This document shows positions 39,620-54,130 of a stretch of 64,000 nucleotides of DNA, piece by piece. How positions within the stretch are numbered: the stretch's first letter is position 1; every line of letters begins with the position of its first letter. Source of the DNA: Chrysomallon squamiferum (lineage: Eukaryota > Animalia > Mollusca); NCBI GenBank assembly GCA_012295275.1, contig CM022666.1:12648001-12712000 (forward strand), given 5' to 3'. The notes under the pieces were generated by a model, which saw nothing but the letters and a program-made list of their open reading frames with translations, was not told where the DNA came from and did no database searches. Both the position numbers and the translations under genes were made by a program.

Positions 39620-40818
39620 ATAGATAATATTAATTAATAATTAATTTATTTTGTCAAAAGTCTAGATAGACTGAGTAGCTGGACATAAGCACAATGTCTC
39701 TCGTTAAAGATTGAAATACACGAAACAGATGTAGAAACCAGGATGTGTTTACTGCAATACTATCATGCTCATTAGACGTTCTGAAGTGCTAATTAAAGGT
39801 TGTTTTCCTCCGTGAATTTTATATCACTGTTGTTTAATTATTAAAGAAGTTGTAAATCAATGTAAAAAGCATGAGAAAGAGAAAGAAAGTTAATTAAATC
39901 GATCCACTGTGTTTATCTACCAGAGATGTACAGACACAGCTCTATATAATTATATGATTGTTTTTCCTATGGGCAGCCGATAAATAATTAGCAGCTAATT
40001 TTGTGGTTTGATTCATAAAAGATTAATTTTCTGAAGAAGGTAAGGTATTTATTAGAAGCTGAAAAAGGTATTTTTTTTTTTTTTTTAAATAAATAAAAAT
40101 AGTGAATCGCGTTTTCAGACGTCAAACACCACGAATATTGTAACTGTATCCAGAATGTTTTGGTTTAACTGTAGTTAATTTCTAGTCCGAATGTTTAATT
40201 CAGGGATATGATCATCTCTGCGAACTTGTACATAAATCTCTGGACAGCAGAATCATGTTATGAAGGATATTTGGTTGCTTTGGATAACTATTCAATAGTA
40301 AGTTGCATAAACTGTGTTGTAATTTGCCTGTTGTTGCAGATACTCGAGAGACTTAGGTGTTTAGTGTGGTGTCTTTTTAGCGTCTGTGGAATAACGTACG
40401 TCTGCTAATAATAACCAATGGCAATCAAAAAAAACAACAACAACACACGTATAAGATTCCTGCCTTTAAACACAGCATGATATAAGGTCATAATATGCTA
40501 TGTTATAGCATTTTAAGACAAACGTGTTTTGTACTTTTAGGTGTGTCAAGGATTTTACAAAAGACAAAATAAAGAGAAATATCAGAAGACTGGAAATATA
40601 ATTCTAGGCAGAGCGTTTTTTAATTTTTAGAAGTATATCCAATTTAAGCTTAGAATTTTAAAAAGTAACAATAGATCCAGTTCAGACTTAGAATATTAAA
40701 GTTTAACAGTTTATAAATATAGCCACAGAACTTTAAAATTGAACACAATATAAAATTTAGTTTAAAATTTTAATATTTTAAATGTTTCTGACTCGTGTCT
40801 AAAATTAAACATTTAACA

Positions 40819-41502
40819 ATGGAGAACATTACACTGCCAGCCATGGAGATGTCTACAAGCGCTGACTTGTTGTGGATTCCTTATGTAACCATAGCTGTTG
40901 TTTTAACGGTAATTCTAGGCGTTTCCTTTAGAAGACGACACCTCGGTATAATGAAGGGAACTAAATCAGAATATGACTATTTGGAGATGTCTATCAACAG
41001 ATACAGATCTCGTATTGGGCAGTTTGTAACGTCTAATTCAGACAACGCTAATTTGAACAAACAAAAATCTACAGAGCAGTGCAGCTTTGTTAACTGCGTA
41101 ACAGAGAAACATCGTGAAAAGAAAGACGTGTACGTTTTGAATCGTGTTTCTGATATACATGAGGCTGAAAATCACTCAGCTGGTGTTCAAGATGTTGATA
41201 ATCGTACAGGACCACGTACAGAAATGACGTGTGTGTCTACGATTCTGGGGTCGAGAGGATATTGTAATACCCTGAAGGAAAAGGAAGTATCATTCAGTGC
41301 AAGAAATCAAACTCAGAACTGGAAAGGTTCTGAAAGAAATCAGATGTTAAATGTAACAGATGAAGTGTTACAGAGTAACGAACTGCCTATGGATCTTTCA
41401 AGTATTGTTCTAGAAATAAATGAATCATCGGTGAGAACGGAGAGAAAGAAGAAGAGAATCTCTGAAACGGGTAATGACAGTAAAAATGTTTGTTCTGCAT
41501 AA
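40819..41502 (+). CDS. Uncharacterised single-pass membrane protein, 227 aa, copy 2
   Basis: Paralog of 12043-12726. By eye 8 amino-acid changes, ~4 silent changes and no indels. Confidence 0.7.
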   Translation: MENITLPAMEMSTSADLLWIPYVTIAVVLTVILGVSFRRRHLGIMKGTKSEYDYLEMSINRYRSRIGQFVTSNSDNANLNKQKSTEQCSFVNCVTEKHREKKDVYVLNRVSDIHEAENHSAGVQDVDNRTGPRTEMTCVSTILGSRGYCNTLKEKEVSFSARNQTQNWKGSERNQMLNVTDEVLQSNELPMDLSSIVLEINESSVRTERKKKRISETGNDSKNVCSA

Positions 41503-42643
41503 AAATGAAACCTGAACAAACACATTTTTCAGTTAAAACTATAGATTTTTCAACATCATATGAGCCTCCGAGTGACGCACGAAACGTACAAAGATTTCAA
41601 AAAAAATGTAGAATTCTCGTGAAATTATTGACATGGAAGATATTTCTCAATCCAGATCAGCAGAAATTAAACACACTTGTGTGTCGCCTGAAGTGAATAA
41701 GTTTTAAGGAAGATTCTTAAAGACAAAGGAGAAACGAGGGAGGGTAAAAAAGGAGATTGAAATGATTTCGCCGAAAATGTGAAAACGTTGCATATTTTAA
41801 AGGAATTATAATGATTACAGAAACACTTTTGTAGACAATGAAGACACGAACAGCTAAATGAAACACATTTCAAATATAAATAGAACAATCACTTTGCACA
41901 CGCACACAGATGAACAGTCATATTCTAGACGCAAAGTGCTTGTCAGTATAAACGTTTATCATTACTCAACTAGATATTATTCTGTTGGTGATTGTTTTTT
42001 GCCCCTGTTTGTTTCTGTGAGCTAACAAACAAAATGTCCGAGGCACACTAATATATAACCATATTTTTCAACTGTTTCAAATACGATCATATTTTTTCAA
42101 AAAATATATGTGTGTTATTTTAGAATTAAAAGCAAGAATTAATAACCTGAATTAATTTGATCTATATTTTCGGTCTGGGAACCAGATGTTTGAAAGACCC
42201 GAAGAACGATAAACCGTTCGATAATTTTCACACCGGCTGAAATTGTTCGCCAATTTTATTTGAGTGTATATCAAATAAAATGGACGTGTGAATGAAAAAC
42301 AAAATAAGTTCACGTTAAGATACATCCTTTTCGTTGTTATTATTATTATTAGTAGTATTAATATTAGTATTATTTATTTATTTTTATTAAAATAAATATG
42401 TTGACACCTTTATAAACACTCAGATGCACAAAATCTATATGTATTATTGTGTCGTGGTACAAATAAATATAAAATTCATGTATATCGCTGAAAACTATCT
42501 ACTCTAAGTAATTTTTTGATATCATCATCATGTTCATGAAAGTAGAAATAATCAAGAAAATATCGCTGAAAAATAAATAAATAAATATCAATAAATAAAA
42601 TTAAAATGTAAATAAAATAATAATAATAATAATAAATAATTAA

Positions 42644-42689
<46 letters not shown>

Positions 42690-42829
42690 ACATTTAAATA
42701 GCAAACGTGAAGCTAGCGAATTATAGAATTTTATGTAAAAGAATTATCGATTGGTTAATAGAAAGCCACCTTATCATTGATAATAACTCTAAAACGCTTT
42801 TTCAAACCGAGGCTGTCTATACTGTACAG

Positions 42830-42870
42830 CAGTGGTTCTCAAACTTTTTTAAGTCGGGGCGAACTTAAAG
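42830..42870 (+). mobile_element. hAT/Charlie-like TIR remnant
   Basis: CAGTGGTTCTCAAACTTTTTT preceded by the 8-bp palindrome ctgtacag. Lies in a segment absent from copy 1. Confidence 0.45.
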
Positions 42871-43832
42871 TGAGAGATGTTCACCGATGTATTTAGAGTT
42901 ACTGCCCTTGTGTGAGAGATGTTCAGTGATCTCTTTAGAGTTACCGTCCTTGTTTAAGTATATACCTTTTGAGTCTATTTTCTGCTGATGAGAAGTATGA
43001 ACATGACGTGTATTTCCAATTTATTCAGAAAAACTGTAATAGAAATAAAAAGCAATGGACTGTTAATATGTAAAAAAAAAAAAAAAAAAAAAAAAGTACA
43101 AAGGCTATATTTTAAATGGTGTGAATTGTGCAGTGAGTGAAAACTTTTATCAGTCGTTTGCTTTTAACAAATGTAACCTATAAAAGGCTAAAATTCCAAA
43201 AACAATTAAAGTTTTAGATGGGTAGTGACTGTGACAGTGATAGGAATATGTGTCACAAGAAAACTTTGGCTGTTTAACGCACTTGCACACTTATCGCTCA
43301 CACTGTCACTGGTAAACTACTGCGCACCCTTGAGCTTGCTCATCAGCCATCACTCGTTTCCAATGAGTTTACGATGTGTATAAAATCTTCTTCCGGGCAC
43401 CCGGCTATTTCTTAATGGATATCTTTCCGCTCATAACATAATCAATTTTTTAAAATGTTACTCAATTTAAACTTTGTTTATGGAATGTGAAGCAGATATT
43501 TTTTTCTTGTTTTATGGGGTATTTTGTTGTGTTTTCTAGCTACTAATACATAACCATATTTTTCAAATCTTTTAAATTGGATCATATCTTTTTTCCGCAA
43601 AAAATATATATGTTTTATTTTATAATTAAAAACAAGAATTAATAACGTAAAAGTTTAATGAAAACTTTCGGTCTGGGAACCAGTTGTTTGAGAGACCCGA
43701 CGAACGATAAACCGTTGGATAATTTCACAGCTGCTGAAATTGTTCGCCAACTTTATTTGAGTGTATATGAAATGAAAAGCGCGTGAGCATGAAAAACAAA
43801 ACAAGTTCAGGTTAAGATCATTTAGAAGTACA

Positions 43833-46426
43833 ATGAATTTCCCCAGTAATATTTTTCCTCCATTGAGAGTTTTAATAGAAGGCCACAGAGTTGTCAGTTT
43901 AACGCACAGCATCACCAAGAAAGATATTTTCAAGGAAACGGGCATGGCAACACGAACAACCACCGATAATAAATCGAAGAAGGCTGACTTTTATCATTTG
44001 TAAAAACGATTAGCTATCTCATTTTTTAAATGAAACTAATATCATATTTTATTAATCCATATGATTACGTTATTTATATTTTCAAAATTTGATAGAAATC
44101 TTAAATCGGTTTGCCTTCAGTATGTTCATTATAGATGTTTAATAAATATTAAAATAATAGTGTAACACGTAAAAAAAAAAAAAAAAAAAAGACATGAATC
44201 AGCCTAAGTAACCATTATTATTTTCACATTTTTTGTCCCCACCCTCCCTTGAGAGGCACATAATACTCCTCACTGTATAATCTGTGTGTTGTTTGTATAT
44301 ATTCCTGATTAATAATAAAAATTGTAATATTTGATATAATTCAAAGTTTTAAACATGTTAACATTAAAATATTTGTAGGTTATGGTAAATATTGTTTAAT
44401 ATATTATATGTAATGTATACAGTTTTGGGGTTTGTGATAGAGACAGTGTTAGTTTTAAATGCTTTTTTTATAATTATGTGTGTAAAATATATATATTTTT
44501 TTAAAATACAAATTTATTTTACACTTTCAGTGCACAGTTTCTGGCTGTCCGTACATTGCCACTCCCAAACTTGTACAACTTCATTATCAACAGGTAAATT
44601 TTTAAAAAAATTTGGTTTTTTGTTTGTGTATTCCTGTATATAGTTCTTGTGATGATGCTGACTAGTTTACGGAACATACACTTTAGAGATTCTATAACAC
44701 AACATTTTATTTCATTTTGGTGTTCCTCAGATCCATCTTTACAATACATTTCTCTAGTAAATTTCAGTTCAGTAAATATCAAGTCTGACATCACATTAGC
44801 TAAAAATTATGAAAAATAAAGAAAAAACAAAAGAATCTGAAAAAAGAAAAACAAATTAAAACTCTAATTGTAACTATATGTCATTACACTCAAGTCATTT
44901 TTAAGTGGAAATCTCAAGATAAATAATATAATTTTATTAACTGTGCTCATTATTCTTTAAAAGATATGATGAAAATCTGTTTTTACAGATAACAATAGTT
45001 ACATTTTTTCTCAAGTTATGTATACTTGTTTTATGGTGTTTTCTCATAATTTTAAACCATTGCATCAGATTTCTATCAAAACCTGAGTTACATCATTGTT
45101 TTTGAAACCAGTTAATGATGTCAAGTGGGATATGACTGTATTCAGAGATCATTTCTACTTCAGACTGTTAAAGAGTGACAATAGCATTCTCACAGAAAAA
45201 CATGATAATCTTGTTATTATGTAATAAAATACTCACCTGTAGATTGACCAGTTTTACTTTTCATTTACTAGTGCCATCCACTGTTGAATATATAGCTTAA
45301 TCATCTTCACTTAAATTATTTGAACATTTTCATGTTTGTCTGTTTATCATGTTTCTACATAACCTGTATGTTTGGTAGAAAGGGAAAAGCTGTTTGTTAC
45401 ACTGCCAAGTGATAGTATGCTTCATTATTAGCAAAGCTTGGATTTTAGGGAAAAAAAATGTATAGCAGAAATTCATTAATTGTTTCAAAATATAAAAAAT
45501 ATTTTTTAATCTATTTACTTACATATACACCAATAAAATCATGCTTTTGTATAGTAAATATACACTTTTAAAATAGTACTGTTAAAAGTTAAAGTATCAT
45601 TTCCTTTCAATAGTTCAACAAATAAATAATTTGTTATTTGAAAAACATGTCTTTGTAAAAGACTTTCTAACAGTTTGCTGGATACAGAATTATTGTTGTT
45701 GTTTATTTATTTATTCATTTATTCATTTATTTATTTCAGCAACACTAATGTAGTTTCACTAAAAACAAATTTGGTCTTTGGAGTCACAAGAGGATATTGA
45801 TAAATGGATTTCAGAAATGAAAATGTGAGTTTTGTTATTGCTAATCTATCTGGAATATTTGCCTGTAACAGCATTCCCATACTTTTCAGTAATAATAATG
45901 ATGATGATTTTGAACATAGTAGATAAAATTTATTAACAATCCAGAATTTCAGTGAAACTGTGCCATTCCTTTCACTTAAATGATAATGCTCATAAGAGAA
46001 CTTTAACGAACACAGTGAATTACAAAAAACATTCCAGTATATTAAATATTTTCCACTGGTACAGGACTATGCATGAATTTCATCTGTCTGTGTGATAGTT
46101 CTAAATTTTACCTTGTGATGGTGATACCCACATCAGTAGTAAAGACTTGAAACAACAAAGAATCCCTTTTCTGTCAGATGAAAGAAACAAAAAAGAGTTG
46201 ACCATTAAATGGCAATAACTAATTTCTTTTTCCTAACACTAATGATAAATTATATATTTACTTTAGTAACCATCATTATTAAAATATGTTTAGGTTTCCA
46301 CGAAAAACCAATATTATCTGAAATTTTTTATTAATTATTCTGTACATTTATATAACATACACACGAATAAATAAACTGAAATACACTATAAGGGTTGATT
46401 CTCTTATTTAGAAATCAATTTTCTTT

Positions 46427-46486
<60 letters not shown>

Positions 46487-46626
46487 ATTTTTAGTATATT
46501 AATCCTTTTCTTCAACATTTTTAATGAACACAGGAAATTCCTGACATTTGAGAATATTAAGAAGAAAGAAATGGAAAAGTCAGAGAAACAGGAGAGAGGA
46601 GAAATTCTTGAAACTAAAGAGTTTGG
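43833..46626 (+). pseudogene. NUFIP1: NUFIP1-like pseudogene fragment, copy 2 (three exons repeated in every array unit downstream)
   Basis: CTVSGCPYIATPKLVQLHYQQ at 44531, WSLESQEDIDKWISEMK, and KFLTFENIKKKEMEKSEKQERGEILETKEFG. Same stop, frameshift and dead donor as copy 1. Confidence 0.85.
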
Positions 46627-48973
46627 ATAACAACACTTTATTAGTTTGCTAATATCTTTCTGTCTTGGCATTTATTTTTGAAGAAGGTATTTATTTCTAA
46701 ATTAATAATAATAATAATAATGCATCATTTCCTGTAAAAGTAATAAAGTAAAAATAAATTAATAATTAGCATTAGAAAATATTTATAATAATTTAAATAT
46801 GTACTAAGCAATTGCATTAGTGCTTGTTAAAATGAGGGTGTCTCTGTTAATATAACTTTTTATTTGAGAAAGTGAAAAACACTATTTCCATTGTCCTGTA
46901 AACATACTGGAATAGTGAATGAACTTTTATAAGGCAATTTGTGATATTAAAATACATTAATGATGTTCTTGAATTCCAAATAAAGATCAGACAAAAACAT
47001 TTTAAACCTCTGTTGATTTTTGCTGAAACTGGAAGTAATCTCAGCTGACCATGATTACAAACACTGAAACTTTATTTTAAACTTTCAGTGCACAGTTTCT
47101 GGCTGTCCGTACATTGCCACTCCCAAACTTGTACAACTTCATTATCAACAGGAAAATGTTTTAATTCTTTTGTTTCTTGTTTGTGTATTCCTGTTTATAG
47201 TTCTTGTGATGATGCTGACTAGTTTACAGAACATACACTTTAGAGATACTAAAACACATCATTTTATTTGATTTTGGTGTTCCTCAGATTCATCTTTACA
47301 ATACAATACATTTCTGTAGTAAATTTCAGTTTAGTAAATCTCAAGTCTGACATTACATTAGGTAAAAATTATGAAAACAAAAAAAAAATAAAAGAATCTG
47401 AGAAAACAAAAACAAATTGAAACTCTAATTGTAACTATATGTCATTACACTCAAGTCATTTTTAAGTGCAAATCTCAAGCCAAATAATATAATTTTATTA
47501 ACTGTGCTCATTATTCTTTAAAAAATATGATGAAAATCTGTTTTTACAGATAACTTTAGCTACACTTTTTCACAAGTTATGTATACTTGTTTTATGGTGT
47601 TTTCTCATAATTTTAAAGCATTGCATTTGGTTTCTATCAAATGTTGAGTTACATTATTGTTTTTGAAACCTGTTAGTGATGTCAAGTGGGATATGACTGT
47701 ATCCAGAGATCATTTCCACTTCAGACTATTAAAGAGTGGCAATAACATTCTCAGAGAAAAACATGATAATCTTGTTATTATGTAATAAAATACTCACCTG
47801 TAGATTGACCAGTTTTACTTTTCATTTACTAGTGCCATCCACTGTTGAATATATAGCTTAATCATCTTCACTTAAATTATTTGAACATTTTCATGTTTGT
47901 CTGTTTATCATGTTTCTACATAACATGTATGTTTGATAGAAAGGGAAAAGCTGTTTGTTACACTGCCCAGTGATAGTATACTTCATTATTAGCAAAGCTT
48001 GGATTTTAGAAGAAAAAAAACTGTATCGCAGAAATGTATTAATTGTTTCAAAATATAAAAAATATTTTTTAATCTATTTACTTACATGTACACCAATATA
48101 TAGTAAAGTGAATATACACTTTAAAAAATATTACTGTTAATTATTAAAGTATCATTTCCTTTTAATGGTTCAACAAATAAAATAATTTGTTATTTGAAAA
48201 ACATGTCTTTGTAAAAGACTTTCTAACAGTTTGTTGGATACAGAATTATTGTTGTTGTTTATTTATTTATTCATTTATTTATTCATTTATTTCAGCAACA
48301 CTAATGTAGTTTCACTCAAAACAAATTTGGTCTTTGGAGTCACAAGAGGATATTGATAAATGGATTTCAGAAATGAAAATGTGAGTTTTGTTATTGCTTA
48401 TCTATCTGGAATATTTGCCTGTAACAGCATTCCCATACTCTTCAGTAATAATAATGATGATGATTTTAAACATAGTAGATAAAATTTATTAACAAGCCAG
48501 AATTTCAGTGAAACTGTGCTATTCCTTTCACTTAAATGATAATGTTCACAAGAGAACTTTAACGAACACAGTGAATTACAACAAAATTTCCAGTATATTG
48601 CATATTTTCCTCTGGTCCAGGACTATGCATGAATTTCATCTGTCTCTGTGATAGTTCTAAATTTTACCATGTGATGGTGATACCCACATCAATAATAAAG
48701 ACTTGAAACAACAAAGAATCCCTTTTCTCTCAGGTGAAAGAAACAAAAAGGAGTTGACCATTAAAGGGCAATAACTAATTTCTTTTTCCTAACGCTAATG
48801 ATAAATTATATATTTACTTTAGTAACCATCATTATTAAAATATGTTTAGGTTTCCACGAAAAACCAATATTTTTTATTAATTATTCTGTACATTTATATA
48901 ACATACACACGAATAAATAAACTGAAATACACTATAAGGGTTGATTCTCTTATTTAGAAATCAATTTTCTTTC

Positions 48974-49023
<50 letters not shown>

Positions 49024-51517
49024 ATTTTTAGTATATTAATCCTTTTCTTCAACATTTTTAATGAACACAGGAAATTCCTGACATTTGAGAATATTAAGAA
49101 GAAAGAAATGGAAAAGTCAGAGAAACAGGAGAGAGGAGAAATTCTTGAAACTAAAGAGTTTGGATAACAACACTTTATTAGTTTGCTAATATCTTTCTGT
49201 CTTGGCATTTATTTTTGAAGAAGGTATTTATTTCTAAATTAATAATAATAATAATAATGCATCATTTCCTGTAAAAGTAATAAAGTAAAAATAAATTAAT
49301 AATTAGCATTAGAAAATATTTATAATAATTTAAATATGTACTAAGCAATTGCATTAGTGCTTGTTAAAATGAGGGTGTCTCTGTTAATATAACTTTTTAT
49401 TTGAGAAAGTGAAAAACACTATTTCCATTGTCCTGTAAACATACTGGAATAGTGAATGAACTTTTATAAGGCAATTTGTGATATTAAAATACATTAATGA
49501 TGTTCTTGAATTCCAAATAAAGATCAGACAAAAACATTTTAAACCTCTGTTGATTTTTGCTGAAACTGGAAGTAATCTCAGCTGACCATGATTACAAACA
49601 CTGAAACTTTATTTTAAACTTTCAGTGCACAGTTTCTGGCTGTCCGTACATTGCCACTCCCAAACTTGTACAACTCATTATCAACAGGAAAATGTTTTAA
49701 TTTTTTTTGTTTCTTGTTTGTGTATTCCTGTTTATAGTTCTTGTGATGATGCTGACTAGTTTACAGAACATACACTTTAGAGATACTAAAACACAACATT
49801 TTATTTGATTTTGGTGTTCCTCAGATTCATCTTTACAATACAATACATTTCTGTAGTAAATTTCAGTTTAGTAAATCTCAAGTCTGACATTACATTAGGT
49901 AAAAATTATGAAAAAACAAAAAAAAAATAAAAGAATCTGAGAAAAAAAAACAAATTGAAACTCTAATTGTAACTATATGTCATTACACTCAAGTCATTTT
50001 TTTAAGTGCAAATCTCAAGCCAAATAATATAATTTTATTAACTGTGCTCATTATTCTTTAAAAAAATATGATGAAAATCTGTTTTTACAGATAACTTTTA
50101 CACTTTTTTTCACAAGTTATGTATACTTGTTTTATGGTGTTTTCTCATAATTTTAAAGCATTGCATTTGGTTTCTATCAAATGTTGAGTTACATTATTGT
50201 TTTTGAAACCTGTTAGTGATGTCAAGTGGGATATGACTGTATCCAGAGATCATTTCCACTTCAGACTATTAAAGAGTGGCAATAACATTCTCAGAGAAAA
50301 ACATGATAATCTTGTTATTATGTAATAAAATACTCACCTGTAGATTGACCAGTTTTACTTTTCATTTACTAGTGCCATCCACTGTTGAATATATAGCTTA
50401 ATCATCTTCACTTAAATTATTTGAACATTTTCATGTTTGTCTGTTTATCATGTTTCTACATAACATGTATGTTTGATAGAAAGGGAAAAGCTGTTTGTTA
50501 CACTGCCCAGTGATAGTATACTTCATTATTAGCAAAGCTTGGATTTTTAGAAAAAAAAACTGTATCGCAGAAATTTATTAATTGTTTCAAAAATATAAAA
50601 AAATTTTTTTTCTATTTATTTACTTACATGTACACCAATATATAGTAAAGTGAATATACACTTTAAAAAATATTACTGTTAATTATTAAAGTATCATTTC
50701 CTTTTAATGGTTCAACAAATAAATAATTTGTTATTTGAAAAACATGTCTTTGTAAAAGACTTTCTAACAGTTTGTTGGATACAGAATTATTGTTGTTGTT
50801 TATTTATTTATTCATTTATTTATTCATTTATTTCAGCAACACTAATGTAGTTTCACTCAAAACAAATTTGGTCTTTGGAGTCACAAGAGGATATTGATAA
50901 ATGGATTTCAGAAATGAAAATGTGAGTTTTGTTATTGCTTATCTATCTGGAATATTTGCCTGTAACAGCATTCCCATACTCTTCAGTAATAATAATGATG
51001 ATGATTTTAAACATAGTAGATAAAATTTATTAACAAGCCAGAATTTCAGTGAAACTGTGCTATTCCTTTCACTTAAATGATAATGTTCACAAGAGAACTT
51101 TAACGAACACAGTGAATTACAACAAAATTTCCAGTATATTGCATATTTTCCTCTGGTCCAGGACTATGCATGAATTTCATCTGTCTCTGTGATAGTTCTA
51201 AATTTTACCATGTGATGGTGATACCCACATCAATAATAAAGACTTGAAACAACAAAGAATCCCTTTTTCTCTCAGGTGAAAGAAACAAAAAGGAGTTGAC
51301 CATTAAAGGGCAATAACTAATTTTTTTTTTCCTAACGCTAATGATAAATTATATATTTACTTTAGTAACCATCATTATTAAAATATGTTTAGGTTTCCAC
51401 GAAAAACCAATATTTTTTTTTATTAATTATTCTGTACATTTATATAACATACACACGAATAAATAAACTGAAATACACTATAAGGGTTGATTCTCTTATT
51501 TAGAAATCAATTTTTTT

Positions 51518-51577
<60 letters not shown>

Positions 51578-54067
51578 TTTTAGTATTTTTATTAATCCTT
51601 TTCTTCAACATTTTTAATGAACACAGGAAATTCCTGACATTTGAGAATATTAAGAAGAAAGAAATGGAAAAGTCAGAGAAACAGGAGAGAGGAGAAATTC
51701 TTGAAACTAAAGAGTTTGGATAACAACACTTTATTAGTTTGCTAATATCTTTCTGTCTTGGCATTTATTTTTTGAAGAAGGTATTTATTTCTAAATTAAT
51801 AATAATAATAATAATGCATCATTTCCTGTAAAAGTAATAAAGTAAAAATAAATTAATAATTAGCATTAGAAAATATTTATAATAATTTAAATATGTACTA
51901 AGCAATTGCATTAGTGCTTGTTAAAATGAGGGTGTCTCTGTTAATATAACTTTTTATTTGAGAAAGTGAAAAACACTATTTCCATTGTCCTGTAAACATA
52001 CTGGAATAGTGAATGAACTTTTATAAGGCAATTTGTGATATTAAAATACATTAATGATGTTCTTGAATTCCAAATAAAGATCAGACAAAAACATTTTAAA
52101 CCTCTGTTGATTTTTGCTGAAACTGGAAGTAATCTCAGCTGACCATGATTACAAACACTGAAACTTTATTTTAAACTTTCAGTGCACAGTTTCTGGCTGT
52201 CCGTACATTGCCACTCCCAAACTTGTACAACTTCATTATCAACAGGAAAATGTTTTAATTCTTTTGTTTCTTGTTTGTGTATTCCTGTTTATAGTTCTTG
52301 TGATGATGCTGACTAGTTTACAGAACATACACTTTAGAGATACTAAAACACAACATTTTATTTGATTTTGGTGTTCCTCAGATTCATCTTTACAATACAA
52401 TACATTTCTGTAGTAAATTTCAGTTTAGTAAATCTCAAGTCTGACATTACATTAGGTAAAAATTATGAAAAAAAAAAAAAAAAAAAAGAATCTGAGAAAA
52501 CAAAAACAAATTGAAACTCTAATTGTAACTATATGTCATTACACTCAAGTCATTTTTAAGTGCAAATCTCAAGCCAAATAATATAATTTTATTAACTGTG
52601 CTCATTATTCTTTAAAAAATATGATGAAAATCTGTTTTTACAGATAACTTTAGCTACACTTTTTCACAAGTTATGTATACTTGTTTTATGGTGTTTTCTC
52701 ATAATTTTAAAGCATTGCATTTGGTTTCTATCAAATGTTGAGTTACATTATTATTTTTTGAAACCTGTTAGTGATGTCAAGTGGGATATGACTGTATCCA
52801 GAGATCATTTCCACTTCAGACTATTAAAGAGTGGCAATAACATTCTCAGAGAAAAACATGATAATCTTGTTATTATGTAATAAAATACTCACCTGTAGAT
52901 TGACCAGTTTTACTTTTCATTTACTAGTGCCATCCACTGTTGAATATATAGCTTAATCATCTTCACTTAAATTATTTGAACATTTTCATGTTTGTCTGTT
53001 TATCATGTTTCTACATAACATGTATGTTTGATAGAAAGGGAAAAGCTGTTTGTTACACTGCCCAGTGATAGTATACTTCATTATTAGCAAAGCTTGGATT
53101 TTAGAAGAAAAAAAACTGTATCGCAGAAATTTATTAATTGTTTCAAAATATAAAAAATATTTTTTTAATCTATTTACTTACATGTACACCAATATATAGT
53201 AAAGTGAATATACACTTTAAAAAATATTACTGTTAATTATTAAAGTATCATTTCCTTTTAATGGTTCAACAAATAAATAATTTGTTATTTGAAAAACATG
53301 TCTTTGTAAAAGACTTTCTAACAGTTTGTTGGATACAGAATTATTGTTGTTGTTTATTTATTTATTCATTTATTTATTCATTTATTTCAGCAACACTAAT
53401 GTAGTTTCACTCAAAACAAATTTGGTCTTTGGAGTCACAAGAGGATATTGATAAATGGATTTCAGAAATGAAAATGTGAGTTTTGTTATTGCTTATCTAT
53501 CTGGAATATTTGCCTGTAACAGCATTCCCATACTCTTCAGTAATAATAATGATGATGATTTTAAACATAGTAGATAAAATTTATTAACAAGCCAGAATTT
53601 CAGTGAAACTGTGCTATTCCTTTCACTTAAATGATAATGTTCACAAGAGAACTTTAACGAACACAGTGAATTACAACAAAATTTCCAGTATATTGCATAT
53701 TTTCCTCTGGTCCAGGACTATGCATGAATTTCATCTGTCTCTGTGATAGTTCTAAATTTTACCATGTGATGGTGATACCCACATCAATAATAAAGACTTG
53801 AAACAACAAAGAATCCCTTTTCTCTCAGGTGAAAGAAACAAAAAGGAGTTGACCATTAAAGGGCAATAACTAATTTCTTTTTCCTAACGCTAATGATAAA
53901 TTATATATTTACTTTAGTAACCATCATTATTAAAATATGTTTAGGTTTCCACGAAAAACCAATATTTTTTATTAATTATTCTGTACATTTATATAACATA
54001 CACACGAATAAATAAACTGAAATACACTATAAGGGTTGATTCTCTTATTTAGAAATCAATTTTCTTT

Positions 54068-54130
<63 letters not shown>
